IMG/VR virus record: IMGVR_UViG_3300027736_000027 | Coordinates: 1 to 64,000 of that record | Strand: one strand, 5' to 3' | DNA length: 64,000 nt | DNA from: a virus | Shown: positions 36,055 to 46,878 of the stretch, in pieces | Numbering within the stretch: position 1 is the first letter of the stretch | How the letters are laid out: the number at the start of each line of letters is the position of its first letter | Position numbers and translations under genes: made by a program | The notes under the pieces: generated by a model | Told to the model about the DNA's origin: nothing | The model's database searches: none | The model's input: only the letters and a program-made list of their open reading frames with translations

Positions 36055-36273
36055 ATGGAACTACTTACGCAATTGGCCCTACTGTGGCCCCAGCTCTTGA
36101 CACTTGCCGCGATTGGTGTAACTATATCGCTCTTAATTGGGTGGGCCAGACGTCAACCAGAGTCTATTGAGTTCATTGACTCGGGTGATATGACCCGTAC
36201 TGAAATTATATTAACTGTACTTGTTGCACTTGGTGCTGGGCTGTTTACTGCCTGGCTCTTTTGGATTATTTAA
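36055..36273 (+). CDS. Two-TM small membrane protein (holin candidate)
   Basis: Two hydrophobic helices; TATAAATA upstream. Confidence 0.55.
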   Translation: MELLTQLALLWPQLLTLAAIGVTISLLIGWARRQPESIEFIDSGDMTRTEIILTVLVALGAGLFTAWLFWII

Positions 36274-36298
36274 AAAAACTTAAAAAAACCCATACGCT

Positions 36299-36592
36299 AT
36301 GATTGGTTCACTATACTACAAAAAAGGCAAACCCTGGATTAATTTCGGCGATGATGACTCAATTGCAGTGACACCTGGCGAATTTGATATCTCAAATCTT
36401 AAACCGGGTATCTTGGTCCGGTTTGCAGTGGTTACAAATCTAAAAGGCAAACGCTCGGCCTCTATTATCGAGGTGTTTTACCGAAACCCAGAAGACGACT
36501 CTACCCTAATAGGCCTGGTTAAAAACTGGTTCAAGACCATAAACTGGCACCTAGGTAACATACTAAACCGTGGCTTTGGCCCAAAGTCATAA
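36299..36592 (+). CDS. Hypothetical protein (cold-shock/OB-fold-like)
   Basis: LKPGILVRFAVVTNLKGKRSA. Confidence 0.55.
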   Translation: MIGSLYYKKGKPWINFGDDDSIAVTPGEFDISNLKPGILVRFAVVTNLKGKRSASIIEVFYRNPEDDSTLIGLVKNWFKTINWHLGNILNRGFGPKS

Positions 36593-36640
36593 ACTGTACC
36601 AGATAAATAACTCTACAAGTTTATAAAAAAAGAAGATACC

Positions 36641-36988
36641 ATGACAAATAGAATAATTAAAGATTTTAGTGGCTGGAACCACATTACTGAAACCAGTGAT
36701 ATGGCTGATACTGCACCAGTTGCAGCCCCGGCCACTACTACTGGAACCACTGGAACCACTACACCGACTACACCAACCGGTACAGCTGCAACTAATGGAT
36801 CAGCTGGAACCTCTGGAACCGCTGGAACGGGTGGAACCTCTGCACCCGCTGCAACCTCTGCACCCGCTGCAACTAATGGATCAGCTGGAACTGCTGGAAC
36901 CTCTGCACCCACTGGTGTTGTTTATAATGGTGGAGCCCCGCCGGCTCAAACCCCGGCTCCTGCACCATACAGTCTACTTAGACAGTAA
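36641..36988 (+). CDS. Low-complexity Gly/Thr/Ala/Pro protein with leader
   Basis: MTNRIIKDFSGWNHITE then GTSGTAGTGGTSAPAATS repeats. Confidence 0.75.
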   Translation: MTNRIIKDFSGWNHITETSDMADTAPVAAPATTTGTTGTTTPTTPTGTAATNGSAGTSGTAGTGGTSAPAATSAPAATNGSAGTAGTSAPTGVVYNGGAPPAQTPAPAPYSLLRQ

Positions 36989-37032
36989 GTTAAAGAAGAC
37001 TAATTAAAGAGTTTATAAAAAAGAAGATAAAT

Positions 37033-37638
37033 ATGCCAAATAGAATAGTTAAAGACTTTAAGAACTGGAACCTCATTACTGAAACCACTGATATTGTTGG
37101 TGCTACACAGGTCCTAGGTACTGGTACAGTTGGTGGTGGTTCACCCGGTTCCGATATTCCTACCGGTGGAGCCGAGGTAAAGGCTCCTGCTGGAACGTCC
37201 GGAACGTCTGGAGGATCCAACCGCGGTACAAGTTATCAAGCGGTAACGGCCGGAACTGATGGAACTGCCGCAACTTCTGCCCAGTTATTGCCGGCAGCGG
37301 TTGATAAACTGTCAAAAGAAATTGCTGAAATGATTGTTGCCTTATTTGCAAAGACTAGAGCATTTTGGGCTGGACAAAATGACCTTAACCTAAATGCAAC
37401 CGGTATGGTTGATGACAATGAAGAAACTGGAGTCAAAATATTTGAGGACTATTGGACTAAAAATATTTTACCAAAAATTTATATGCTACCTGTAGAAAAT
37501 AAAAATAAAGCAAGTCTTACTGCTCTCAAGACTCAAATTTCAGCTGCGATTACTGCTAGAAACACGAGTTTTACGTTTCAAATCTTCACAAGTGCAAGTA
37601 ATATTCCTACCAGCTACACAATAAACCCGGATTTTTAA
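37033..37638 (+). CDS. Leader-bearing protein with GTS repeats
   Basis: MPNRIVKDFKNWNLITE. Confidence 0.75.
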   Translation: MPNRIVKDFKNWNLITETTDIVGATQVLGTGTVGGGSPGSDIPTGGAEVKAPAGTSGTSGGSNRGTSYQAVTAGTDGTAATSAQLLPAAVDKLSKEIAEMIVALFAKTRAFWAGQNDLNLNATGMVDDNEETGVKIFEDYWTKNILPKIYMLPVENKNKASLTALKTQISAAITARNTSFTFQIFTSASNIPTSYTINPDF

Positions 37639-37653
37639 AAAATAATAAATAAT

Positions 37654-38952
37654 ATGTCAAATAGAATAATTAAAGACTTTAAAGGCTGGAGCCTTATTCA
37701 TGAAAATAAAGGTCCAAATCCTGGTCCAAATCCTTTTCCACCCGGAACCAAAGATTGGGAGGATTGGCAAATGAACGTAGGAGGTGATGTTGAGGACGCG
37801 AACAGAACAGCAGCAGAGGCAGAGGTCGCGAAACAAGCAGCGGCAGAGGCAGAGGCTGCAAAAACTGCCGCTGCAAAAACTGCGGCTGCTGCTGGAACCT
37901 CTGGCACGGCTGGAACATCTGCTGTCACGAAAGCAGTCACATCAGTACCAGCTGCCCCGATTGTACCAACACCGGACTTAACAAAAGCAAATGCGGCTGC
38001 CTTAACTCGTAATGACTGGGCTGCAATACAAACTAAACTAAATGCGGCTGAACTAGCTTTACAGCAGACAACTCTAGTTAACCAGAGTAATCCTGCAAAT
38101 TTTAGTTTTGATAAAAAACCTAACCTAAATCCATTAATTAAAGAGTCTAGGTCAATGACTAAGCTATATGAAGAGCAATTAGTACCAGACGGCTTAGTTG
38201 GCCCAAAAACTTTATCCGCAATTGACACCTTTGTCTCCAACTATAATTCAAATCCGATAAATACCACAAAGCTCCCAGCCGATCCACTTAAGGATAAAGC
38301 GACGGCTACTACAATTAACCCGCTAGTATTAGCTGCAATTATTGCAGCAAGTACCGCACCAACTACTCAGCCGCCATCCGGACCAACCGGACCGGCCGCT
38401 ATTGCAGGTTCAGTATTTGGACCATCTGCAAATATTACAGAGGCTGATTGGGAGCCACAAATGACTAAAGACGCTCAAGGTAAGGACCAATCTACTTATT
38501 TAGAACCTACTTCACTACTACTCCAGGCCGCTAAACTGTTTATCTCTTCAACTTATAAACTGCTTGGCACGAACGAGGACAACATAATTAAAATTATTGA
38601 AAAGTGTGGATCCGCATCTGACTTTTATAAACTTAATGCACTAATATTTCAGTATTTAACTGTAACAGCTAAAAAGGCAGGTATGGATATTGCATATATA
38701 ATAAATGATGAGCTAGAAGGTGATAACAATGACGAAATTAAATTAATTAAAGATGCACTTACTAAATTAAATGTGCAATCGAGTTATGAGCTATATGCTG
38801 AAGGAACCGCTGAAGAAGGGTTTAAAAAGAATAGTTTTAAGATTACTATACCGTCAGGATCTGATCCAGAAACGGTATTACCGACTGCTGTGTATAAAAA
38901 ACTTGAGACTCAATACTTTAATCGGACAGCATCAACTGATATATTTTTATAA
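37654..38952 (+). CDS. Leader-bearing protein with peptidoglycan-binding-like and annexin-like motifs
   Basis: MSNRIIKDFKGWSLIHE; DGLVGPKTLSAI; LLGTNEDNIIKII...INDELEG. Confidence 0.7.
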   Translation: MSNRIIKDFKGWSLIHENKGPNPGPNPFPPGTKDWEDWQMNVGGDVEDANRTAAEAEVAKQAAAEAEAAKTAAAKTAAAAGTSGTAGTSAVTKAVTSVPAAPIVPTPDLTKANAAALTRNDWAAIQTKLNAAELALQQTTLVNQSNPANFSFDKKPNLNPLIKESRSMTKLYEEQLVPDGLVGPKTLSAIDTFVSNYNSNPINTTKLPADPLKDKATATTINPLVLAAIIAASTAPTTQPPSGPTGPAAIAGSVFGPSANITEADWEPQMTKDAQGKDQSTYLEPTSLLLQAAKLFISSTYKLLGTNEDNIIKIIEKCGSASDFYKLNALIFQYLTVTAKKAGMDIAYIINDELEGDNNDEIKLIKDALTKLNVQSSYELYAEGTAEEGFKKNSFKITIPSGSDPETVLPTAVYKKLETQYFNRTASTDIFL

Positions 38953-38965
38953 CCCAATAAACACT

Positions 38966-40573
38966 ATGAATTACTCCCCAATAATTAAAAGTTACACCAG
39001 TTGGTTAAATGAAAACCTGTTAATAACAGAAGCTGGCGAAGTTGATATTGATCAACTATATAGAGATGGAAACAGCTCAGCAATTATAGACTCTACAGTT
39101 GCCGCAGCCTCTGCTCAAGTTAAAGCTCATCCGGCCTATGCCGAGACACTGAATTGGTGGCGACGCGGTGGCGGAGATACTAATTTATTTCAGTCAATTT
39201 TTAAAAAGCCCTCAGCCCGCAAAAGTGACCGAGCCAATTCATTAAAATCTGCATACTATTGGGCCGGTTCAGGTTCAAATGTAAATATGGGTGCTCAACT
39301 TGCAACATTCTATAAAGTAGCAGACTCAATTATTACAAATGGTGCAAAACTTGGACTTGACGCAACCAAGATAGCTGGTCTCAGCTCTGCGGTTACCGGT
39401 TTAAAACAGGATCAAGCTGCTGGCTTTTTACTTAAAACCACTAGTTTACTTGGAGCATTTATTCCACTGCCGTTGGTTAAAGGTACAGTTACGGTGAGTG
39501 ATGCTGGCCAAGTTGATGTTGCAGCCTCTCTTGCCTCAGCTACACCAAATGCATTTATTTTAAGCCAACTAAAAACCTGGCAAGTTGCAGCAAACGCTGA
39601 TCCTGAACTAGCAAAGGATCCAGCAACTTCATATAAAACTTTAAAATCATATCAAGCAGATCCAGCTAAACTTAACAGCACCTGGCAAGGTAGTTTAAAC
39701 CTAACCGATCCTCAAAGATTAGAAATACTTGATGCTATTAGTGTCAAAACCGCTAATTATATTAAAAAAAATCCAACAATTGAATTAGCTAAGGCCATCT
39801 CAATTGCAACCGACCTGTACATTGTACCAAGGGCCCAGGAATTTAATATACAGCAACAGGCTGCTCAACCAGCGGCAGCTCCAAAAGTAATAATCGCTTC
39901 TTATCCTGGGATTCCAAAGGCTACAGGCGATCCAAATGTACAAAGTGGGCTTAGTTTTTTTCCAGATAATGGAATTACCGTAACTCCAGCAGCCTTGGCT
40001 GGAATAAATGAACTTATTAAAACCGCACTTGCTACCATCACACAAGCTGGTGGAACAATCACTGCGGTTAAAACATATGGTAAGTCATCAACTAGTAAAG
40101 TTGGAACAGATTATAAGTCAGCTTCAGGCACCGGCAATCCAGCTCTTGCAACTGACCGACTTGCTTCAATTAATACTGCTCTCGCTAATGCCCTAACTGC
40201 TAATGGTGTAACGGTTGCTCCAACTATTAATACCGCAGAGAATTTAGCAAAGCCTAACCAGGGACCTGACTGGACAGACAAAGATAAGACTGATCCTAAA
40301 TTTGGTAAACCTGGTGCCAGAACACCTGAATATGATAAGATATATGGTCCATATCGTTTTGCAATGGCATTTATTGAATTAACATATACGGTTCAATCGA
40401 CCGACCCGACTCAACCTGAAGTTACTGCAACTGCAAGTGGCACATGGAAAGTTTATATGAAGTGGGACAATGAATCTATTGAAATAAAATGGCCGCCTAT
40501 TCGAATTGGAGAGTGGCACGTTACTTTACCTAAACTAGGATCAATTGTGGTAGATGCATGTCCAATATTTTAA
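38966..40573 (+). CDS. Leader-bearing protein with OmpA-like C-terminal domain
   Basis: Start re-called to MNYSPIIKSYTSWLNE; FFPDN...YGKSS...NPALATDRLASINTAL. Confidence 0.65.
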   Translation: MNYSPIIKSYTSWLNENLLITEAGEVDIDQLYRDGNSSAIIDSTVAAASAQVKAHPAYAETLNWWRRGGGDTNLFQSIFKKPSARKSDRANSLKSAYYWAGSGSNVNMGAQLATFYKVADSIITNGAKLGLDATKIAGLSSAVTGLKQDQAAGFLLKTTSLLGAFIPLPLVKGTVTVSDAGQVDVAASLASATPNAFILSQLKTWQVAANADPELAKDPATSYKTLKSYQADPAKLNSTWQGSLNLTDPQRLEILDAISVKTANYIKKNPTIELAKAISIATDLYIVPRAQEFNIQQQAAQPAAAPKVIIASYPGIPKATGDPNVQSGLSFFPDNGITVTPAALAGINELIKTALATITQAGGTITAVKTYGKSSTSKVGTDYKSASGTGNPALATDRLASINTALANALTANGVTVAPTINTAENLAKPNQGPDWTDKDKTDPKFGKPGARTPEYDKIYGPYRFAMAFIELTYTVQSTDPTQPEVTATASGTWKVYMKWDNESIEIKWPPIRIGEWHVTLPKLGSIVVDACPIF

Positions 40574-40587
40574 AAATTAATAAATAC

Positions 40588-41235
40588 ATGAAAACTTTTA
40601 AATTTTTATCAATTGCCGTACTTACTATACTGTTGTTTACGGATTCAGTTAAAGAAGCTAGTCCAATAAAATTAGAACACAAAGGCTACACTGCATATTA
40701 CAGTAAAACTCTACACTATTCGGTTAATATTGAATGGTGGGATACCCGAGCCAGACTTGTTTGCCCAGAGTCAAAGGTTCCTAGAAAAGATGCATTTGCA
40801 CCTGATCCATTACTGCCTGCTGAAACTGACCTAATGGGCGACTATAAAGGTTCTGGATTTGACCGAGGTCATATGTGTCCAGCTGCAGATAATCAGTGCA
40901 GTTCTGAATTACAAGCAGAGTGTTTTTATTTTTCAAATATGTCACCACAATACCATTCACTAAATGCTGGTATCTGGAAAACACTAGAGTCTAGAACTCG
41001 TGAACTTGCTACCCAATTTGACTCAGTTAAAGTTTGGTGTGGATCGTTAGGTAGTGCTGGTAAAATTGGAACAGTTACAATTCCAACTCATTGCTGGAAA
41101 GTGATTTTTATTAAAAAAACCAAGGTTTGGGAAGCTTATCTTTTTGAAAATACTAAAGTTCAACCTAAAGACCTAGAGAGTAAATTAACACCGCTTTCAA
41201 AAATCGAAACAATTACCCGTATTAAATTTAAATAG
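40588..41235 (+). CDS. Secreted DNA/RNA non-specific endonuclease (NucA/Serratia family)
   Basis: Signal peptide MKTFKFLSIAVLTILLF; GFDRGHMCPAAD, FYFSNMSPQ..LNAGIWKTLE. Confidence 0.9.
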   Translation: MKTFKFLSIAVLTILLFTDSVKEASPIKLEHKGYTAYYSKTLHYSVNIEWWDTRARLVCPESKVPRKDAFAPDPLLPAETDLMGDYKGSGFDRGHMCPAADNQCSSELQAECFYFSNMSPQYHSLNAGIWKTLESRTRELATQFDSVKVWCGSLGSAGKIGTVTIPTHCWKVIFIKKTKVWEAYLFENTKVQPKDLESKLTPLSKIETITRIKFK

Positions 41236-41257
41236 TAGAGACTAAACTCCCCTAATT

Positions 41258-41294
41258 AAAAATGGGTCAGTATTTTTTAGATATTGACCCATTT
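41258..41294. terminator. Terminator between convergent genes
   Basis: AAATGGGTCAGTAT...ATATTGACCCATTT. Confidence 0.75.
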
Positions 41295-41316
41295 GATATT
41301 TTAAAAGAAGTGTATT

Positions 41317-41952
41317 TTACTTTTTACCAGATAAAAATGCAGGTTTTCCGCCTTTTAGTGGCATTTTATTAGTTTCAGGCTTTGCAGATTTAACTGGCTT
41401 ACCGAATAACATTTTAGGCTTCATTGAAGATTCTTCTTCCTCTTCTTCTTCCATTTCCATGTTCTTCTTTGTCATTGGCTTCATTGGCATAGACTTCTTT
41501 GCTGGTTTCATTTTTGCAAATTTCTTGTCAATTGCATCAAGTGCCTCAATTTTTTCCTGCTTCTTAGCCTCAGATAATTCGCTAGCTGACATATTATCCA
41601 TTCTACCCATATTATGTCTGTCGATTTGACGATCTATTTTAGACCGTTGATAGGCATCTGCTTGACCATATAAGGTACGATCCATTTGACGTCCCATACC
41701 CTCAGGCTCTCCACATTCTATACAGTCACCATTATCATCAAACTTATAACAGTCACATGTTGCTAAATCATTACCTTCGTCATCATATCCACTTTCTAAA
41801 TCATTACCTTCGTCATCATATCCACTTTCTTCATAGCGATCATAACGGTTTTGCTTAGGTAACATATTATCATCTCCAGCATTTGGACTAAACATAGAAT
41901 CATGGTGACCTTCATTTACGAATTGACCAAATCTTTTTACTAAATTTTTCAT
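41317..41952 (-). CDS. Low-complexity leader-bearing protein
   Basis: MKNLVKRFGQFVNE; 33-nt tandem duplication (ESGYDDEGNDL x2). Confidence 0.7.
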   Translation of the reverse strand: MKNLVKRFGQFVNEGHHDSMFSPNAGDDNMLPKQNRYDRYEESGYDDEGNDLESGYDDEGNDLATCDCYKFDDNGDCIECGEPEGMGRQMDRTLYGQADAYQRSKIDRQIDRHNMGRMDNMSASELSEAKKQEKIEALDAIDKKFAKMKPAKKSMPMKPMTKKNMEMEEEEEEESSMKPKMLFGKPVKSAKPETNKMPLKGGKPAFLSGKK

Positions 41953-41981
41953 TTTATTTTTATTTTTTTTTTAATTTTATA

Positions 41982-42416
41982 TTATGGCTCAATATCCTCA
42001 GCCTCTATTCCAGGAATTTCAACTCCTAATCCTAGGGCTTCATCATTAAATTTATTAAAAGCAGCCTCAGCATCTTTCATTGTTTTATTTAATATAATAA
42101 GCGAGTCTTTAAGGGTTTTAACCTTTTCTTTGTCTTCATCAGTTACTGGAGACTTACGAGTTTCAACATCAATTGCCAAAAATTCTTTTTGTTTATCTTT
42201 AAACGCCTTTACTGCAGTTTTACGATCCTGATCTAATTTTTGAAATTTACCGATTTCAGTAGTTTCATCAAATGTTTCAAGATCAGCAGCCGGTGGTTCA
42301 GATTCCATAGAATCGCTAGGTACAGCAGGTACAGCAGGCTGAGCTGCTGGGTCCATTACTGGTGGAGCCTCAACTGTTTCAGATTCTTTAATCCATTCGG
42401 AATATTTATAAATCAT
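41982..42416 (-). CDS. Coiled-coil leader-bearing protein
   Basis: MIYKYSEWIKE; GATAAATA upstream. Confidence 0.7.
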   Translation of the reverse strand: MIYKYSEWIKESETVEAPPVMDPAAQPAVPAVPSDSMESEPPAADLETFDETTEIGKFQKLDQDRKTAVKAFKDKQKEFLAIDVETRKSPVTDEDKEKVKTLKDSLIILNKTMKDAEAAFNKFNDEALGLGVEIPGIEAEDIEP

Positions 42417-42470
42417 TTTAACTTGACTTTTTATTTATTTATCCAAGAACTTTTATAAATAATTTAGAAT

Positions 42471-42815
42471 ATGAAACATATTACTCTATTTGAAAATTGG
42501 AATACCCAGATTCAGCCAAGTGTGGCCAGTGATAGACCTCTTCGTAAATTAAGTGAATTAGGTATTAATCGACTCTTTAAAGATGAACGCTATGAATATG
42601 AACTATTTCCTAGATTTCGTAGACTGCAGCTTCAACACGATGAGTTTGAAAAGAAACCTAATTTAGCACAATGGTTTATTATGATGCAGAATTCGGATGC
42701 TGAATTTTATACACTGGTTCAAACTGGAGCTCTTGGTCAACCTGATGTTAGAGAACTATTTAGAGACTTAACTCGTCGACGTGCATCTAAAATGAAAAAG
42801 TATAACTTATCATAA
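42471..42815 (+). CDS. Leader-bearing hypothetical protein
   Basis: MKHITLFENW; TATAAATA at 42454. Confidence 0.7.
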   Translation: MKHITLFENWNTQIQPSVASDRPLRKLSELGINRLFKDERYEYELFPRFRRLQLQHDEFEKKPNLAQWFIMMQNSDAEFYTLVQTGALGQPDVRELFRDLTRRRASKMKKYNLS

Positions 42816-42816
42816 G

Positions 42817-43014
42817 TTAACCAGTAATGGACTTAGTGTAATAAGACCATAGTACTTGACAATACTCATACTTTTCTAATTTTTGAAATTCTTTAATTAT
42901 TGGTAAAATATCAACCCAATATTTAGAAGACGTGCCATTATTTAGCAAGTCCCTATACTTGAGTATAAGTTCTAAATTTAAGTCTTCTTTTTCTTTTTCG
43001 TGAATAGTGTACAT
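42817..43014 (-). CDS. Small hypothetical protein, UvrB/C-like motif
   Basis: Start re-called to MYTIHE; LEKYEYCQVL. Confidence 0.5.
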   Translation of the reverse strand: MYTIHEKEKEDLNLELILKYRDLLNNGTSSKYWVDILPIIKEFQKLEKYEYCQVLWSYYTKSITG

Positions 43015-43972
43015 GAGAATTTTTATTTTTTCTAGGTTTAACCTCAAGCCGGTAGTCAATATTAATTCCAAGTAGCCGATTAATACATGCAACTAAATCA
43101 TAAGTATGTAAACTTAAGACTGTTGTATAGTCATCGGATCGGTATCCACCAAATAGGGCACATGAAACTGGTAGTGGTCGCCCTAACTTTTCATCCATTA
43201 CTTTTACCCAAGCCCAAAAAAAGTCAGCACATTTAGTCCAATACTCAGTACTACACTGATGGCCTAATTCATCGTCACAATGCGAATCTGCACCATGACA
43301 CCAAACTACATAGCTAATTTTACCCGATAAAATAGCTGGTTCCAAGGTATTTTTAATAAAGTCTACTAAATTTTCATAATATGAATAGTCAATTCCAGTT
43401 GGATTAAAATTAAAATTCTCTGGAATAGCCTCATTTATCTCAGGCTGAAATTCCCGACTGTCCTCTATTGAATTACCGAAGTGGCCGTCTAGGTCTAAAT
43501 AACAACCTCTTTTATTAAATTCTCTCCATATTTTAACTGATGCAATTACCTGTCCACTAAATGTACAAAATCCACTACCACCAGTTGGTCTAGCATGGTG
43601 AAACCCGCTGGTTGGACTGAAACTAACGGTTTCCGGCTCCACTATTGAATTTTTTATAGCTGAATATAGAGAGGCATTTGTGTATCTAACTGAGTTAGCA
43701 AATTGCGGACTCCATTCTAAGCCGTTTGATCTAGATAAGTATCCTCCACTAAAAAAATCATCAACATAATTATCGGTATGGGCTAATTTAAAATCAGCAT
43801 TACCGAATATATTAAAATTTTTAGTTATTGAAAAGTTACTTAATAAATTATTGTCTCTAAGATATTCAATTAATAATTTTGGTTTTAGCGGGCTCTTACT
43901 AAAATTTAAACTGGAATTATTTTCTAAAACCTGTTTTTCGTTATAAAATATTTTAATTAGGTTATTCCTCAT
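42953..43972 (-). CDS. Histone deacetylase (HDAC/AcuC) family Zn-dependent deacetylase
   Basis: SGFHHA...GFCTF, YLDLDGHFGN, GADSHCDD, FGGY. Confidence 0.92.
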   Translation of the reverse strand: MRNNLIKIFYNEKQVLENNSSLNFSKSPLKPKLLIEYLRDNNLLSNFSITKNFNIFGNADFKLAHTDNYVDDFFSGGYLSRSNGLEWSPQFANSVRYTNASLYSAIKNSIVEPETVSFSPTSGFHHARPTGGSGFCTFSGQVIASVKIWREFNKRGCYLDLDGHFGNSIEDSREFQPEINEAIPENFNFNPTGIDYSYYENLVDFIKNTLEPAILSGKISYVVWCHGADSHCDDELGHQCSTEYWTKCADFFWAWVKVMDEKLGRPLPVSCALFGGYRSDDYTTVLSLHTYDLVACINRLLGINIDYRLEVKPRKNKNSHVHYSRKRKRRLKFRTYTQV

Positions 43973-43986
43973 AGTATTATTATACC

Positions 43987-44021
43987 AAAAAAAATGAGCT
44001 AATTTGAGTTAGCTCATTTTT
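43987..44021 (-). terminator. Terminator after dnaK
   Basis: AAAAATGAGCTAA-6nt-TTAGCTCATTTTT. Confidence 0.8.
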
Positions 44022-44040
44022 AATTACTAAAAAAGTTATA

Positions 44041-45909
44041 TTATTTTACCTCTTCAAAATCGGCATCTGCAACTGGCTCATCAGCAGTAGGCGAAGTAGG
44101 TTCGGCCTGATTGGCTTTATACATATCTTCACTGGCTGCTGTCCAGGCTGCATTTATTGCAGCTAGAGCAGAGTCAATTTTTGAAAGGTCTTTAGCTGAA
44201 TACGCCTCCTTTAACTCAGTTAAAGCGGTTTCAATACCTGTCTTTTTCTCGGCAGGTATTTTATCTCCATATTCATTTAACTGTTTTTCGGTTTGAAAAA
44301 CCATACTATCAGCTTCATTTAATTTCTCAACTTCTTCTTTTACTTTTTTATCAGAATCTGCATTCATTTCAGCCTCACGTTTCATGCGATCAATTTCTTC
44401 TTTGCTTAAACCGCTTTTTGCCTCAATCCTGATATTATGTGATTTACCGGTTGCTTTATCTTTTGCACTTACATTTAAGATACCATTTGCATCAATATCC
44501 AAAGTAACTTCAACCTGAGGTACACCTCTTTGAGCTGGCGGAATTCCATCTAAATTAAATTCACCTAACTTTCTGTTATCTTTTGCCATTGGTCTCTCAC
44601 CTTGAAAAACAACTATTTGAACTGATGGCTGGTTATCCGCCGCTGTACTAAAATCTTGCGATTTTTTAGTTGGAATAGTTGTATTTGACTCTATTAATTT
44701 GGTAAATACTCCACCAACGGTTTCAATACCTAATGATAATGGAGTAACATCTAATAATAATACATCCTTTACATCACCAGATAAAACTCCTCCTTGAATT
44801 GCGGCGCCTAGTGCAACCACTTCATCTGGATTTACACTTCTATTTGGGGCTTTACCAAAGAATTTTTCAACTGCTGCTTGAATGGCTGGAATTCGGGTTG
44901 ATCCACCGACCAGGATAATTTCATCAATATCAGCCGTTGATAAACCTGCATTTTTTAGAGCAGATTTACATGGTTTAATTGTACGCTTAATCAAACTATC
45001 TGATAACTGTTCAAATTTAGCACGAGTAAGTGTTTTAACTAGGTGTTTAGGTATTCCATTTACCGGCATTATATACGGTAAATTAATTTCGGTACTGGTT
45101 GAACTAGATAATTCAACTTTTGCTTTTTCGGCCCCTTCCTTTAATCGTTGCAGAGACATTGGGTCGTGACGCAAATCTAAACCTTCTTCTTTTTTAAATT
45201 CATCGGCTAACCAGTCAATAATTACCTGATCAAAATCATCTCCACCTAGGTGAGTATCTCCATCGGTACTTTTAACCTCAAATACTCCATCACCTAGTTC
45301 AAGAACAGAAACGTCGTGTGTACCGCCTCCGCAATCAAACACAACAATTTTCATCTCTTTGCCTTTTTTATCCATACCATAGGCAAGAGCTGCAGCGGTA
45401 GGCTCATTGATAATTCGCTTTACCGTTAAACCTGCAATTTCGCCGGCCTCTTTGGTTGCCTGACGCTGAGCATCATTAAAGTAAGCAGGTACAGTAATAA
45501 CCGCTTCAGTTACTTCGGTTCCTAAATATTCTTCGGCTGTTTTTTTCATTTTTTGTAAAATGATAGCCGAAATTTCTTGAGCCGTATATTTTCTATCGTC
45601 AATTTCTACACGTGGGCTATTGTTTTCGCCTTTTACTATTAGATAAGGAACTTTTGCAATTTCCTTTACAATCTCAGCATACGTGTGGCCCATAAAACGT
45701 TTAATTGAATAAACTGTTTTTTTAGGATTAGTGATTGACTGTCGTTTTGCTGGATCTCCAACCTTACGTTCGCCGCCTTCTATAAAGGCAACAATTGAAG
45801 GCGTGGTACGTTTTCCTTCATTATTTGCAATAACCACAGGTTCATTACCTTCCATGACTGAAACACAACTATTAGTTGTTCCCAAGTCTATTCCTATTAT
45901 TTTTCCCAT
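44041..45909 (-). CDS. dnaK: Chaperone DnaK (Hsp70)
   Basis: [47 protein letters not shown]. Confidence 0.99.
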   Translation of the reverse strand: MGKIIGIDLGTTNSCVSVMEGNEPVVIANNEGKRTTPSIVAFIEGGERKVGDPAKRQSITNPKKTVYSIKRFMGHTYAEIVKEIAKVPYLIVKGENNSPRVEIDDRKYTAQEISAIILQKMKKTAEEYLGTEVTEAVITVPAYFNDAQRQATKEAGEIAGLTVKRIINEPTAAALAYGMDKKGKEMKIVVFDCGGGTHDVSVLELGDGVFEVKSTDGDTHLGGDDFDQVIIDWLADEFKKEEGLDLRHDPMSLQRLKEGAEKAKVELSSSTSTEINLPYIMPVNGIPKHLVKTLTRAKFEQLSDSLIKRTIKPCKSALKNAGLSTADIDEIILVGGSTRIPAIQAAVEKFFGKAPNRSVNPDEVVALGAAIQGGVLSGDVKDVLLLDVTPLSLGIETVGGVFTKLIESNTTIPTKKSQDFSTAADNQPSVQIVVFQGERPMAKDNRKLGEFNLDGIPPAQRGVPQVEVTLDIDANGILNVSAKDKATGKSHNIRIEAKSGLSKEEIDRMKREAEMNADSDKKVKEEVEKLNEADSMVFQTEKQLNEYGDKIPAEKKTGIETALTELKEAYSAKDLSKIDSALAAINAAWTAASEDMYKANQAEPTSPTADEPVADADFEEVK

Positions 45910-46082
45910 TTTAATAAATTATTTTTAAGTAAATGTACTTTAACTTTAATAAAATTGGCAAGCCTGCCAAAATTATAAGCCACTTTTTTTAATTTTTGAT
46001 TTTTTGTTGATTTTTGCATAATTTGTCTTTTTAATATACTATATAACAAATTCTATGCCAGTGTATTAAATATGACAAATTG

Positions 46083-46790
46083 TCATGCTTCTTTAAAATA
46101 TTTGTCAATATCGTCAATCCATGAAAATAATTCAGAAACAATAATTGGTCCACCTGTATTAACGGATTGAAATTCTTCTGGATGGTCTTTTATCTTGGTA
46201 AAGGTAATACTATTTGTTATTTGAGAAAAAATACAAGAAAGAGCCTCATATAGGGTCCATTGAATTATTCCTTCAAATTCAACCTCATTTTTTTCGGTAT
46301 CCATATACTCTAAATAGTCATCAATCTGTATAGTTAAGGTACACCAGTCATCAAACTTAATATCAGTTAATGAGTACAGAACATCTTCATCACCAGTCTC
46401 GCCAATCACCTCTAATCCCATTAGAGTTGGATAGCTAATAATATATGGAATCGATATTTCAGATTTTCTAATTTCGCCTAACTTAATTAAATACAGTTCA
46501 GTTGGCTCAATTAAACTAAGCCCAACCGGCTTATTAATAATTGATAAAATTTCATCAAATGGTACAATTAATAGAGATTTACTAAATGCAAACTCTAAGT
46601 CTTCTTGATACTGTGCAAAAAGTAATAATAAGTCAGTAATGGTTAAAAATTCTTCAATTTCTATACTATATTGAAAATACCAAGTAATTGGTAAATCTGA
46701 ATCAGAGATAAGTCTATCATTCCAGGAGAGGGTAGATTCATCCCAAAATGAAAAATATAGACCTGATTTTTTTATTATAATCTTTTCCAT
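46083..46790 (-). CDS. Hypothetical acidic protein
   Basis: 235 aa ORF. Confidence 0.7.
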   Translation of the reverse strand: MEKIIIKKSGLYFSFWDESTLSWNDRLISDSDLPITWYFQYSIEIEEFLTITDLLLLFAQYQEDLEFAFSKSLLIVPFDEILSIINKPVGLSLIEPTELYLIKLGEIRKSEISIPYIISYPTLMGLEVIGETGDEDVLYSLTDIKFDDWCTLTIQIDDYLEYMDTEKNEVEFEGIIQWTLYEALSCIFSQITNSITFTKIKDHPEEFQSVNTGGPIIVSELFSWIDDIDKYFKEA

Positions 46791-46878
46791 TCTATATTAT
46801 TTATTTAGTATAACTATATTACACCAATTAATATTAAAGATCTCTTAAATAAATAAAACAAATAAATATATTAATTAT

